From the NCBI GenBank assembly GCA_977020255.1, contig CDROCS010002105.1, positions 248,001-312,000 of the forward strand: a stretch of 64,000 nucleotides of DNA, in the 5' to 3' direction. Below are positions 35,266-45,294 of this stretch, one piece after another. The notes beneath the pieces were generated by a model. The model worked only from the letters and a program-made list of their open reading frames with translations. It was not told the DNA's origin and did not search any database. The DNA is from Obrimoposthia wandeli. Lineage: Eukaryota. Made by a program: the position numbers and the translations under genes. How positions within the stretch are numbered: the stretch's first letter is position 1; every line of letters begins with the position of its first letter.

Positions 35266-36102
35266 TTACATGATAGGGAATGATTTACTTAAATAAGCCT
35301 GAATAGTTGGATGGTTAATGTCTTCTGAACGTGCTGGTTGCCATAGTCCTGTTTTAATACCGCCGACGATTACATGGACAACGGCTGCATCAATGGCAGA
35401 CATTACAGCGAGGTTTACAGGTTCATTTGTGGAATAACCCAGCTCAGCTTCAAGTAAGTCTTTGTAATCAACAAATTTGAATACGCCAGTCTGTAATTCT
35501 TTCGATAAAATGGTTTTACTTGTTGTAACACTCAGTAGAATTTTACCGCTTCGCACATCAACAGCACGTACATTTACTGTTACTTGGTCGGTACGGTATT
35601 TTCCTGATGCACCAATGCCTAAGTACCGTGCACCTGCACCACCTGTTTTAACATTGGTGTCGTAGGCAACAATTCCGCCTTCCATCATTATATTGGCTGA
35701 TGTTAAAGAAGGAAGATAATCACCATGGTTAGTGGGCGCTTCATGTTTTTTTTGTGCTGCACGAATTATCTTACGTTCGGTTAGTAGGTTTTGTAAGCCT
35801 TCACGCTCGAGTGGGATAAACCATTTTGAGTCTAATAGTGCTGTGGTTAGCAAAGCCGCACCGCCTTGAGGTACTGCGGTTGAAAAGTTACTGTTGGGTT
35901 GTGGTTTATATTGCCCTGTTTGATCTCGGAAATCATAAACCGATACAAAAATCTTTCCTTTAGGAACAGGTAAGGATACAAGATCTTTATATGTTGAACC
36001 TCGTGCCATCAGCGAAGGCTCACTGCTAATTTCGGGTGTACCTAACGACATTGAACACCCTGATAGCGTCAATAATGCAATGCCGAGTAATACTGCTTTC
36101 AT
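35266..36102 (-). CDS. csgG: Curli secretion channel lipoprotein
   Basis: Lipobox LSGC; VSVYDFRDQTGQYKP, LEREGLQNLLTERKIIRA, EAELGYSTNEPV. Confidence 0.97.
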   Translation of the reverse strand: MKAVLLGIALLTLSGCSMSLGTPEISSEPSLMARGSTYKDLVSLPVPKGKIFVSVYDFRDQTGQYKPQPNSNFSTAVPQGGAALLTTALLDSKWFIPLEREGLQNLLTERKIIRAAQKKHEAPTNHGDYLPSLTSANIMMEGGIVAYDTNVKTGGAGARYLGIGASGKYRTDQVTVNVRAVDVRSGKILLSVTTSKTILSKELQTGVFKFVDYKDLLEAELGYSTNEPVNLAVMSAIDAAVVHVIVGGIKTGLWQPARSEDINHPTIQAYLSKSFPIM

Positions 36103-36113
36103 GATGAATATCC

Positions 36114-36518
36114 TTATTGGTCGGGTACTAAACCGCTAACTTGAATCGTCGATGATTCGCCAGTTTCTTTATCCGTGATTTGAATCATCAGGCTGCCATT
36201 GTCATCCACGATATTAAGAACAAAGTCATCAGTGACTAGCTGCCCTGTATTACCCGCCCCAATATCAGATAAAAGTTGGCTAATTAATCGTGATTCTAAG
36301 CTTGCTGCTAGCCGCTCCAGATCGGATTGCTCTTCAAATCCTAAATCATCAATGGGTGCTTTATAGTCATTAATGGCATTTGCTACACCGAGCAAGTGGC
36401 TGCTATTTAATGGGCTTCCACCAAAGCTTGGATTGATCGGTGAATAAACAAGCTCCGTAGCCGAGGCTTTGGTTATGCTAATGCATAGCAAAGCGAGAAT
36501 ACATATTTTCCCTTTCAT
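36114..36518 (-). CDS. csgF: Curli assembly component
   Basis: Start ATG 36518; mature TELVYSPINPSFGGSPLNSSHLL..ANAIN motif. Confidence 0.95.
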   Translation of the reverse strand: MKGKICILALLCISITKASATELVYSPINPSFGGSPLNSSHLLGVANAINDYKAPIDDLGFEEQSDLERLAASLESRLISQLLSDIGAGNTGQLVTDDFVLNIVDDNGSLMIQITDKETGESSTIQVSGLVPDQ

Positions 36519-36528
36519 GTTTCGCCCT

Positions 36529-36990
36529 CTAAATTTCATCATGACCAACGTCAAAAGTGTCTTTTAAGTAACGTTCAATTCGCCATCGAACAACATAAGA
36601 ACCTACAACTTTTACGGCTTCTTCAGCTTTTGTTTCTGCTTGTTGTCTTCCTGGTGATAATGCTGTTCGGTAGATCGGTGTTTGTCGATGGAAAACGGTA
36701 ATAATACTGCCAGATAGAGCCGTTGCTCTTTCTTTTACCGTTAAGTTTTCAGTTAAGTCTTCATATTGATCATTTAGCATTTGAGAAAATATGGAATAAA
36801 AATCGGCTCCCAATCGCGTCATGGTTCTGTCAACAACAACACCTGTTATTTCATTTAAATCATCTAAGCTATCTCTATTTTCAAGTGGCGCTTTGTTTTC
36901 TAATGGGGCAGCATTCTCGACTGCGAATGCTGTGCTAATTAAGCTCATATGAATAACAAACAAAATTAATGCTATTAAGTGAGTTTTCAT
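36529..36990 (-). CDS. csgE: Curli assembly component
   Basis: EITGVVVDRTMTRLGADFY..F, LTVKER..A.SGSIITV motifs; between csgD and csgF. Confidence 0.9.
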   Translation of the reverse strand: MKTHLIALILFVIHMSLISTAFAVENAAPLENKAPLENRDSLDDLNEITGVVVDRTMTRLGADFYSIFSQMLNDQYEDLTENLTVKERATALSGSIITVFHRQTPIYRTALSPGRQQAETKAEEAVKVVGSYVVRWRIERYLKDTFDVGHDEI

Positions 36991-37649
36991 AATGACATGT
37001 CAGTGTAATAATTATTTTTGGCCCACATAAATGCTTGGATTCTATTTTTAACTTTAATTTTTTTAAATACATTATGAAGATGTGTTTTTACAGTGTTTTC
37101 ACTCACATACAACTCTTGCGCAATTTGTACATTTGATACACCTGATACTAATAATTGCATAATTTCTTTTTCACGTGTTGTGAGTTTTACATCATGTTTA
37201 GGTGTAATTGGTTCTTTACTACGATAAGCACTGATCAAGCGTTGTGTTATTTTTCGGCTCAACCATAATTCACCATCAAGGATAGTACGCATGCCTTTAA
37301 CGACAAGTGATAATTCATCAATGTCAAAAAATACACCGACAACATTTGGCCATTTAGCGAGTTGCTCAATATCAATGCTGCCTTGGGAGTTAATGAAAAT
37401 TTCTTTGGTTATTAATGAGTGTGAGCAAACGAAATCTATATAAAGATCATAGCTATCATCCGTTATTTTTGTATGATCAATGATAATAGTGATGTCATTA
37501 AATTTTGCTAACTCACTGTTTTTCAATGTTTCAAATGTTGTGAATTCAATACTGATATCTAATGACTTCTCAAGGTAGTCCTTGAATAGTGAAGATTGAA
37601 GACTGGAACAAGATATAAATAGAAATTTATTATTTTTCTGTTCTAGCAT
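36987..37649 (-). CDS. csgD: CsgD/VpsT-like LuxR-family regulator
   Basis: Degenerate receiver domain, GELWLSR motif, LTTREKEIMQLL...VSENTVKTHLHNVFKKIKVKNRIQAFMWA HTH; first gene of csgDEFG. Confidence 0.88.
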   Translation of the reverse strand: MLEQKNNKFLFISCSSLQSSLFKDYLEKSLDISIEFTTFETLKNSELAKFNDITIIIDHTKITDDSYDLYIDFVCSHSLITKEIFINSQGSIDIEQLAKWPNVVGVFFDIDELSLVVKGMRTILDGELWLSRKITQRLISAYRSKEPITPKHDVKLTTREKEIMQLLVSGVSNVQIAQELYVSENTVKTHLHNVFKKIKVKNRIQAFMWAKNNYYTDMSL

Positions 37650-37789
37650 GATAATTCCCTTTTACAAACTGCTACATAATGGGGCAATTTGTTATCGTGC
37701 AAATCGAGATCAAATTAAGCATCGCTTTATCGTTATAGTATGTCGCATGTCGCATATTGCATCTCGCTCTGAAGTAACTGTAGTGCATA

Positions 37790-37803
37790 GTCAAAAAAAT
37801 GAC
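37790..37803. promoter_or_regulatory. Putative FleQ/FlrA-type box upstream of csgD
   Basis: GTCAAAAAAATGAC (GTCA-N6-TGAC), ~140 bp upstream of the csgD start. Confidence 0.4.
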
Positions 37804-38182
37804 ACCCGTAAAGGGCACTATCTCCTAAATTGAAAGCTGTTCAATTAAACTTTATCTTTATATTGATATAGTTATGACTAATAAAAAAGTTTGATATTTT
37901 TTTCGAAAGTACTAGTAGTGATTTTTTTGTGGTACAAATTTTTTATTCTTTGATGATTTTTTGCACTTGTATGACAGAAGTAACGAAGATAGTGACTTAT
38001 TACCGTGATTAGCATGGCATCTATACTTTAGGTATTTCTTTCTTTGCTTAATGGTGACAGGTTTGCGTTGTGAACAGGGTGACATTTATAAGTAAAATTA
38101 AAGCAAGATTACCCATGGTAATACGAATCAATATCACTTATGGTGATTTGATAAGATATTAATGCAGATAGGAACAGACAGA

Positions 38183-39892
38183 ATGAAGACTAAAATTTCT
38201 CGTTGGCTATCAAGAGACCCTGATCCTAACACTCGAGATGAACTACAACGACTGATTGATTCGCAAGAGTCAGCCGAGTTAGAAGATCGCTTTAATGGTC
38301 GTTTAGAGTTTGGCACCGCAGGTTTAAGAGGGATTGTTGGTGCTGGGCCTAATCGAATGAATCGTTTAGTGATTCAAGAAACAGCCATTGGTTTAGCGCA
38401 TTATTTAAAAGCGCAAGAACATGACGCTGAATTCCGTGGGGTGGTGATTGGTTACGATGGCAGACCTGATTCAAAGCAATTTGCTTGCGATGCGGCATCA
38501 GCGTTAACCGCCCATGGCATAAAGGTTTATCTTACGATACGCGTTGCGGCAACACCTCTTGTTGCATTTGGGGTTAAACACCTAGGAGCAGCAGCTGGTA
38601 TTGTGGTAACAGCTAGCCATAACCCACCGGCTTACAATGGCTTTAAAGTGTATTGGGGCAATGGGGCGCAAATTATTCCTCCACATGATTCAGGTATTGC
38701 CGCTGAAATTGATGCTGCCGCGCAACAAGAACTGCATTTAATGGATTTAGAAATAGCCCATCAACAAGGGTTATTAGTGTGGCTTGATGATGATTTCTAT
38801 CAAGAATACCGTCGAACCATGAATGAAAACCCATTACTTGCAAATCATACTCAGCCTGATGGTATCAGCCTTGCCTATACCGCCATGCATGGTGTTGGTG
38901 CCAATATGGCAGAAACTCTGTTACACGATGCAGGCTTTAATCATGTGTATAGTGTCGCTGCACAACGTGAGCCTGATGGTGCATTCCCAACGGTTAACTT
39001 CCCCAACCCTGAAGAACCAGGTGCGATGGATATGGTGATAGCGGAAGCCAAAAAACAGGGTGCGACTTTAGCGTGTGCCAATGACCCAGATGCAGATCGC
39101 TTTGCTGTTGCTGTGCAGCTAGATAATGGTGAATACAAAATGCTAACGGGCGATCAAGTCGGCGTGCTCTTTGGCCATTATTTGTTATCGCATGCAAAAG
39201 CTGAGCAAAATTTAGTGGGTGCGACAATTGTATCTTCAAGCTTATTAGAGCAAATAGCGAAAGCTGCTGGTGCTAATTATTATCAAACACTAACGGGTTT
39301 TAAATGGTTAACGAATGTAGGCATGAAACTAGAAACTGAAACCAGTCAATTCTTGTTCGCTTATGAAGAAGCCTTGGGTTATACCGTCGGCAGTGAAGTA
39401 TGGGATAAAGATGGTTTGTCGGCTTTGGTGGCATTTGCACAATTAACCGCAGAGTTAGCCAGTAAAGGGAAAACGATATGGGATCAGCTAGAAGCAATTT
39501 ATCGTGAGCATGGTTTATATCTTAATGCTCAGCGAAGTATTGCACTTGACCCAGCAGCGCCACCTATTGGTGATAAGTTACGGGCTAACCCTGTAATGAA
39601 AATTGCAGGTCAAATTGTTTTGCAAACCGATGATTTGAAGTCATCTAAGCGAACGTTTCAAGATGGGACGGTTGAAAATATTGATTTACCCACGAGTGAT
39701 GTATTGATCTACCATTTAGACAGTGGGGCACGTGTTGTTGTACGACCTTCAGGAACAGAGCCCAAGTTAAAATGCTACTACGAAGTTGTAGAGCCAATGA
39801 TTCATGAAGATACCCTAGAGCATGCTCAGCAACGGGCAGAATCTGCAATGAATGATTTGATCTTGCAGCATCAGGCATCTATTGCCAGCTAG
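38183..39892 (+). CDS. Phospho-sugar mutase (PGM/PMM family)
   Basis: LEFGTAGLRG, VVTASHNPP active serine, ANDPDADR metal loop, RPSGTEPKLK. Confidence 0.95.
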   Translation: MKTKISRWLSRDPDPNTRDELQRLIDSQESAELEDRFNGRLEFGTAGLRGIVGAGPNRMNRLVIQETAIGLAHYLKAQEHDAEFRGVVIGYDGRPDSKQFACDAASALTAHGIKVYLTIRVAATPLVAFGVKHLGAAAGIVVTASHNPPAYNGFKVYWGNGAQIIPPHDSGIAAEIDAAAQQELHLMDLEIAHQQGLLVWLDDDFYQEYRRTMNENPLLANHTQPDGISLAYTAMHGVGANMAETLLHDAGFNHVYSVAAQREPDGAFPTVNFPNPEEPGAMDMVIAEAKKQGATLACANDPDADRFAVAVQLDNGEYKMLTGDQVGVLFGHYLLSHAKAEQNLVGATIVSSSLLEQIAKAAGANYYQTLTGFKWLTNVGMKLETETSQFLFAYEEALGYTVGSEVWDKDGLSALVAFAQLTAELASKGKTIWDQLEAIYREHGLYLNAQRSIALDPAAPPIGDKLRANPVMKIAGQIVLQTDDLKSSKRTFQDGTVENIDLPTSDVLIYHLDSGARVVVRPSGTEPKLKCYYEVVEPMIHEDTLEHAQQRAESAMNDLILQHQASIAS

Positions 39893-39948
39893 TATCATGC
39901 TGAAGATGTAAAATTCTTAAGGGCTGATACTTTTTGCGATGCCCATTT

Positions 39949-39974
39949 AAAAAGCCGCTGAGTGCGGCTTTTTT
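39949..39974. terminator. Bidirectional terminator
   Basis: AAAAAGCCGC-TGAGT-GCGGCTTTTTT. Confidence 0.85.
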
Positions 39975-40027
39975 GTTTTATGCGTGTTTGCTATTACAAT
40001 TTAATTGATTGTTATATATGGTTATTA

Positions 40028-40489
40028 TCATTTCTTGTCGCTGATTTCCGCATATTTGTGCAGTAGCTCTGTCAGTACTTTTATCCAGCCAAAAGCATTA
40101 TCAGGTGCGTCGACTAAAATAGCTTCAACTTGCTCGCAGTGCTGCTCAAGTGGTACCGCAGCTTCAAGGTTGAATGACATCGCATAAAAGTGCCACAGAA
40201 TAAGGCGAGTCATACGAATAGCATTCTGATTTGCATTTTCTGAATCAGAGAATGCAACTTTCACTTCACCTAATGCGATAGATGTCATACGTAACATGGC
40301 ATCTAGTTGAGCTGAGCGCATACGCTCGTCACTATCGATTTCTTCTTGATCGAACGTGAACAATTCCTGCATAACATCTTCAGGTACCATGCGGCTAATA
40401 ACACGGTGACTAAATTCTTCTAGCTCGTGGCGTGGCATAGTCAACAGGCATTCAAGTTTGTAGTCGCGTTCCATAGTTATTCTCAGCAA
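40028..40489 (-). CDS. Conserved hypothetical helical protein
   Basis: Clean 153-aa ORF (MERDYKLECLLTMPRHELEEF...); no motif I can assign. Confidence 0.75.
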   Translation of the reverse strand: MLRITMERDYKLECLLTMPRHELEEFSHRVISRMVPEDVMQELFTFDQEEIDSDERMRSAQLDAMLRMTSIALGEVKVAFSDSENANQNAIRMTRLILWHFYAMSFNLEAAVPLEQHCEQVEAILVDAPDNAFGWIKVLTELLHKYAEISDKK

Positions 40490-40565
40490 TTATTCAATAT
40501 ATATTTATCGCATTAACGATAAACGGGCGCGTATTTTGAGGGATTTTCTATTGAATTACCATCTT

Positions 40566-40598
40566 TATACCAAGGTGACGTTAAAGTGCTTGGGTATA
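40566..40598. repeat. ERIC/MITE-like remnant
   Basis: TATACCAAGGTGAC...AGTGCTTGGGTATA; same ends as other copies. Confidence 0.5.
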
Positions 40599-40751
40599 CA
40601 TGTTTTGCTAATAGCGTGCTCTGACAAAAGCATGACACTTATTGGGTGCTTATTCCTTATTATGCGCCCATTAGAGCTCCCTCAAAAGATTGTGGAGCCA
40701 ATTACACAGCAGGGTAAGACTCAGGCATTATCTGAGCAATAAGTACTATTT

Positions 40752-43028
40752 ATGACTATGTCAGATAAACACAAACAACGCGTGTGGATTAAGCGTACGC
40801 TGATTGGTGCTACCATATTGGGCACGGTTAGCATTGTATGGATGGGCTTTTCACTTAACCAAGCTGTAAGTGAAAAATTTGAAGGGCAGCTTTGGCAGTT
40901 ACCCTCAGTTGTCTATGCGCGTGAACTGACTTTGCAACCGGGCGCCCCGATTCGATTTGATGATTTAGTTAACGAACTAAAGGTCTTAAAATACAGAAAA
41001 GTAGCCTCACCAAAGCAAAGTGGTGAGTATTCGGTAAGCCGTCAACGTGTTGAGCTTGTACGCCGTCCTTTTGAATTTAAAGAAGGGGCTGAAGGTGCTC
41101 GACATGTTGTGGTCGATTTTGATTATGCATCGATTAAACGTATTTCAGAAGTCGAGTCAAATCGAGAATTAGGTTTCCTTCGTGTAGAACCTAAAATGCT
41201 AGGTATGCTGGAAGCAAAAGCCGAAGAGCAACGTATTTATTTACCGAAAGATGAAATGCCAGAGCCATTAATTCAAGCATTGATCACCACAGAAGATCGT
41301 AATTTTTATGAGCATGATGGTGTTTCTCCCGTTGCGATTGCACGAGCATTTTTAGCCAACCTCAAAGCGGGTAGAACCGTTCAAGGCGGTAGTACACTTA
41401 CCCAGCAGTTGGCCAAAAACCTTTTCTTAAGTAGTGAACGTAGCTTATGGCGTAAATTCAAAGAAGCGTACATGGCGTTAATTATTGATTACCGCTATGA
41501 CAAAGATCAGATCCTTGATGGCTATTTGAACCAAGTGTATTTAGCACAAAGTGGGGCAGATGCTATTCATGGGTTTGCGTTGGGTTCACGTTTCTATTTT
41601 GGACGCCCTTTGTCTGAATTACGTGTTGATCAGCAAGCTTTGCTGGTGGGGTTAGTTAAAGGTCCTTCCTATTATAATCCATGGCGATACCCTGAGCGTG
41701 TGAAACGACGTCGTGATTTAATTCTCAGCATGATGGTGGATTCAAAACAGCTAGAGCCAGCAGATTATGAAGCTGCCATAAAGTTACCATTGGATTTACA
41801 AGAAAAAGGGCAGATAGCTAATCGACAGCCCGCGTATTTTGAACAAATTAAACGAGAACTAAAAGCGAATGTTGGTGATGATTATCAGCCAGATAAAGGC
41901 TTACGATTGTTCACATCACTCGATCCTTTATCGCAAGAAAAAGCAGAACTCGCGGTTCGACAAACGGTGCCAAAATTAGAGAAAAAAGCAGGTAAAGATC
42001 TAGAAACTGCCGTTGTTATTGCTGATCGTATGTCTGGCGAAATTCGAGCTATGGTCGGCGGTAGTCGTCCGGGATATGCTGGCTTTAACCGCGCAATTGA
42101 TGCCAAACGTCAGATTGGTTCTATCGTTAAACCAGCTATCTATCTTGCTGCACTTGAACAGCCAGAACGTTTTTCTCTCGCAACAAGCTTGAAAGATCGA
42201 CCGCTTACGTTAAAAGGGGCAAAAGGCGAGAATTGGTCGCCACGTAACTATGATCGCCGATATCGCGGTGAAGTGCCGTTGTATATGGCTTTGGCTAAGT
42301 CTTACAATATTCCAACCGTTAATCTTGGTTTGGCTGTTGGGCTTGATACCGTGATTGATACGCTTGATAAATTGGGTGTCGATCGTAAAGAAGTGCCAAA
42401 GTTGCCTTCTATGTTATTAGGCGCGTTTACATTAACGCCATTACAAGTAACTCAGATGTATCAAACCATTGCGAGTGGGGGTCATAAAGCCGAGCTTACA
42501 GCATTAAGTGCAGTAACAGATGGTAAAGGCAATATCATTTATCAAAATTGGCCTACTTCATCACCCGCAGTAGCTACACAAGCCGCTTGGTTAACGATGT
42601 ATGGTATGCAAAAAGTGGTTTCGACTGGTACTGGTCGTTATTTAAATGCACAATTTCCCTCATCACATCTAGCGGGTAAAACAGGTACGACAGATAAAAA
42701 TCGTGATAGCTGGTATGTCGGCATTGATGGACGAGAAGTTGTGACTGTGTGGATGGGGCGAGATGATAACAAGGGTATTAATCTAACGGGGTCTTCTGGG
42801 GCGCTTAGATTGTATTCTGATTATATTAAGTTGCGTGATCCTGAAGCATTGGTGTTGCGTCGTCCTGCTCAAATTACCAACTTCACCTACAGTCAATCAC
42901 AGAACGGTACGTATTCAGCCAGCTGTGTGGGGCAGAGTAAGTTGCCAGCATGGGATCCGAAAGGAAACCTTCAGCCAAGTTGCGTTAAGAGTGTGGAAGG
43001 CTTTTTACAAAAATTGTTTAGCTGGTAA
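40752..43028 (+). CDS. mrcB: Penicillin-binding protein 1B (class A PBP)
   Basis: TM anchor, UB2H region, EDRNFYEHDG, GGSTLTQQLAKNLF, RQIGSIVKP (SxxK), SYN, GKTGTT. Confidence 0.95.
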   Translation: MTMSDKHKQRVWIKRTLIGATILGTVSIVWMGFSLNQAVSEKFEGQLWQLPSVVYARELTLQPGAPIRFDDLVNELKVLKYRKVASPKQSGEYSVSRQRVELVRRPFEFKEGAEGARHVVVDFDYASIKRISEVESNRELGFLRVEPKMLGMLEAKAEEQRIYLPKDEMPEPLIQALITTEDRNFYEHDGVSPVAIARAFLANLKAGRTVQGGSTLTQQLAKNLFLSSERSLWRKFKEAYMALIIDYRYDKDQILDGYLNQVYLAQSGADAIHGFALGSRFYFGRPLSELRVDQQALLVGLVKGPSYYNPWRYPERVKRRRDLILSMMVDSKQLEPADYEAAIKLPLDLQEKGQIANRQPAYFEQIKRELKANVGDDYQPDKGLRLFTSLDPLSQEKAELAVRQTVPKLEKKAGKDLETAVVIADRMSGEIRAMVGGSRPGYAGFNRAIDAKRQIGSIVKPAIYLAALEQPERFSLATSLKDRPLTLKGAKGENWSPRNYDRRYRGEVPLYMALAKSYNIPTVNLGLAVGLDTVIDTLDKLGVDRKEVPKLPSMLLGAFTLTPLQVTQMYQTIASGGHKAELTALSAVTDGKGNIIYQNWPTSSPAVATQAAWLTMYGMQKVVSTGTGRYLNAQFPSSHLAGKTGTTDKNRDSWYVGIDGREVVTVWMGRDDNKGINLTGSSGALRLYSDYIKLRDPEALVLRRPAQITNFTYSQSQNGTYSASCVGQSKLPAWDPKGNLQPSCVKSVEGFLQKLFSW

Positions 43029-43120
43029 TACGGCATTTTACAGATTACCTGAAACGAGTGAGTTTTTACGTTAGAATAGCCGACTTTTCTCGTTTCGAAT
43101 TGAATTAGGCGACAAAATTA

Positions 43121-43693
43121 ATGCCATTATTACAAGCTATGCGTTTATTAAAGTCTTCTGTGCATCCTGATATTGCAGGTTTAGATGGCACTGTTTTTCA
43201 TCGTAAAGCGGCTCGCGGTATCATTCTTGACGGTGAAAATATTCTGATGCTTTATACCGCTCGTTATCATGACTACACCTTACCCGGTGGTGGTATTGAT
43301 GACGGTGAAGATGCAGTCATGGGCTTGATTCGAGAGCTTCAAGAAGAAACGGGTGCACAAAACATTCGTGATATTCGTGCATTTGGTATTTATGAAGAAT
43401 TCCGCCCTTGGCATAAACCTGAATTTGATATCGTGCATATGGAATCATACTGTTTTGTATGTACCATTGATGCTGAACTCGGTGAAACACGCTTTGAAGA
43501 CTACGAAATCAAAAATGGGATGAAACCTGTTTGGATGAATATTCATGAGGCGATTGCTCATAACGAAGAGACGATCGCTAATAGTGATAAAAAAGGCATG
43601 TCGATAGAGCGCGAAACCTTTTTATTGAGATTGATTGTCGATGAGTTGTTATCGTCATCAGTTCCAACATCTGAATTAAAGAAAGCGAGCTAA
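43121..43693 (+). CDS. NUDIX hydrolase
   Basis: Nudix box GGGIDDGEDAVMGLIRELQEETG. Confidence 0.92.
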   Translation: MPLLQAMRLLKSSVHPDIAGLDGTVFHRKAARGIILDGENILMLYTARYHDYTLPGGGIDDGEDAVMGLIRELQEETGAQNIRDIRAFGIYEEFRPWHKPEFDIVHMESYCFVCTIDAELGETRFEDYEIKNGMKPVWMNIHEAIAHNEETIANSDKKGMSIERETFLLRLIVDELLSSSVPTSELKKAS

Positions 43694-43898
43694 CGAGCTC
43701 TATAGATAGGCTTTGTTCAAGTAAAGGCTTATTGCTTCTTATTTTTGTTTATAAAGAGCCTGCCTAATTGCAGGTTTTTTTGTGGCAAAAATCTAGGTTT
43801 CGTAATCAGAGCAAGTTCTAAAAATCAGTGAAAAGACTTTGCCGGGTTATTTTTAGCCTATAGTGATGAAATCAGTTTAAATAATCACAGGGCGGTTT

Positions 43899-44492
43899 AT
43901 GAAGCTTTTAAAATATATTTTTCTATCAACAGGTATCGCATTAGTCAGTTTTTCATCATCGGTGTTTGCCGACTGGACACTGAGCCCTAACGGTTCGAAT
44001 ATTAACTTTATATCGGTAAAAAATGCGACAGTAGCTGAAATACATCACTTTAAAAATATTAGTGGTTCAGTTACTGATAGTGGTGACGTTAAAATCTCGA
44101 TAGACCTTACTAGTGTCGATACAGCGATATCAATTCGTGATGATCGAATGAAAGAGATGCTATTTGAAACAGGGAAATTCCCTGTTGCAACCCTAAGCTC
44201 AACGGTAGATTCCGATGCATTATCTGGCTTGTCTGCTGGAAAAACGATGCCTATTGAGGTTGAGTTTGATCTCGATTTACACGGTAATAAACAGTTATTA
44301 ACGGCTAACTTGCAAGTGACAGGGCTTGAAAACGGTGGGTTACAAGTTAACTCGATTAACCCTATCGTGATCGATTCAGCGGCTTTTAAACTGGATGGTG
44401 GTGTTGCAGCATTACAACAAGTAGCAAAGCTTAATTCTATTGCGACAAGCGTACCTGTAAACATACAGCTCTTTTTTATGAACAAAAACTAA
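43899..44492 (+). CDS. YceI-family periplasmic protein
   Basis: Signal peptide; SNINFISVK, IDLTSVDT.ISIRDDRMK, DLHGNKQ. Confidence 0.9.
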   Translation: MKLLKYIFLSTGIALVSFSSSVFADWTLSPNGSNINFISVKNATVAEIHHFKNISGSVTDSGDVKISIDLTSVDTAISIRDDRMKEMLFETGKFPVATLSSTVDSDALSGLSAGKTMPIEVEFDLDLHGNKQLLTANLQVTGLENGGLQVNSINPIVIDSAAFKLDGGVAALQQVAKLNSIATSVPVNIQLFFMNKN

Positions 44493-44526
44493 TGCTATTA
44501 TTGTGAAATAATATACCCCATTATAG

Positions 44527-44566
44527 AAAGCCGCAGTCGATTGAATAAATAGACTGCGGCTTTTTT
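44527..44566 (+). terminator. Terminator after yceI-like gene
   Basis: AAAGCCGCAGTC...GACTGCGGCTTTTTT. Confidence 0.85.
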
Positions 44567-44575
44567 GTTATAGCG

Positions 44576-44597
44576 ATACCCAAGTAACCTCAAGGTG
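44576..44597. repeat. ERIC/MITE-like left end
   Basis: ATACCCAAGTAACCTCAAGGTG. Confidence 0.6.
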
Positions 44598-44637
44598 TTA
44601 GCCTTGCCAGATTAACGGTCGTTATTAAGGGATTAAA

Positions 44638-45255
44638 ATGAATCAAATCACGTTAGATGGAGCACCTATAACACCAAGTAAGGTGGTTTGTGTAGGGCGA
44701 AATTATGTGGAACATATCAATGAACTGGGTAATGAAGTGCCAGATGAAATGGTACTATTTGTAAAACCTAACTCTGCTATATCTTCATCTTTACTTGCAT
44801 CACATAATGGCGATGAACTGCACTATGAAGGCGAGATCTCTTTCCTTTATAAAAATGGCAAATTTAGTGCTGTGGCGTTCGGCATTGATTTAACAAAACG
44901 CAGTGTACAAAATATTTTGAAATCGAAGTCTCTTCCGTGGGAACGCAGTAAAGCGTTTAATGGTTCAGCCGTATTCAGTGAATTTGTATCATTGCAACCT
45001 GAAGTGTCTTTATTGGGTTTAACGTTAAGTATCAATAATACGTTGATTCAAGAAGGTGATACCCAATTAATGCTCTATAAGCCCGATGAGATATTAGCTG
45101 AAATACAAACTTTCATGGCATTAACGGATGGCGATATCGTCATGACAGGCACACCCAAAGGCGTGGGTAAAATAATCGCGGGTGATGTGTATATCGGAAC
45201 CGTAACACAAAATGAAAAAACGTTGGTTAGCCATCAATGGACTGCAAGCGTATAA
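44638..45255 (+). CDS. Fumarylacetoacetate hydrolase family protein
   Basis: KVVCVGRNYVEH, LHYEGEI, PWERSKAF, GDIVMTGTPKGVG. Confidence 0.93.
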   Translation: MNQITLDGAPITPSKVVCVGRNYVEHINELGNEVPDEMVLFVKPNSAISSSLLASHNGDELHYEGEISFLYKNGKFSAVAFGIDLTKRSVQNILKSKSLPWERSKAFNGSAVFSEFVSLQPEVSLLGLTLSINNTLIQEGDTQLMLYKPDEILAEIQTFMALTDGDIVMTGTPKGVGKIIAGDVYIGTVTQNEKTLVSHQWTASV

Positions 45256-45294
45256 TATTCATGTAAAAGCAGTTTAATGCGGATAAATAAAGAT

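Noticed and set aside
40536-40742. 68-aa ORF upstream of mrcB (possible hrpB remnant or leader peptide)
   Set aside because: No resemblance to the HrpB C-terminus, spans a repeat relic, TTG start with no clear RBS.
44045-44485. 146-aa minus-strand ORF
   Set aside because: Antisense shadow of the YceI gene.
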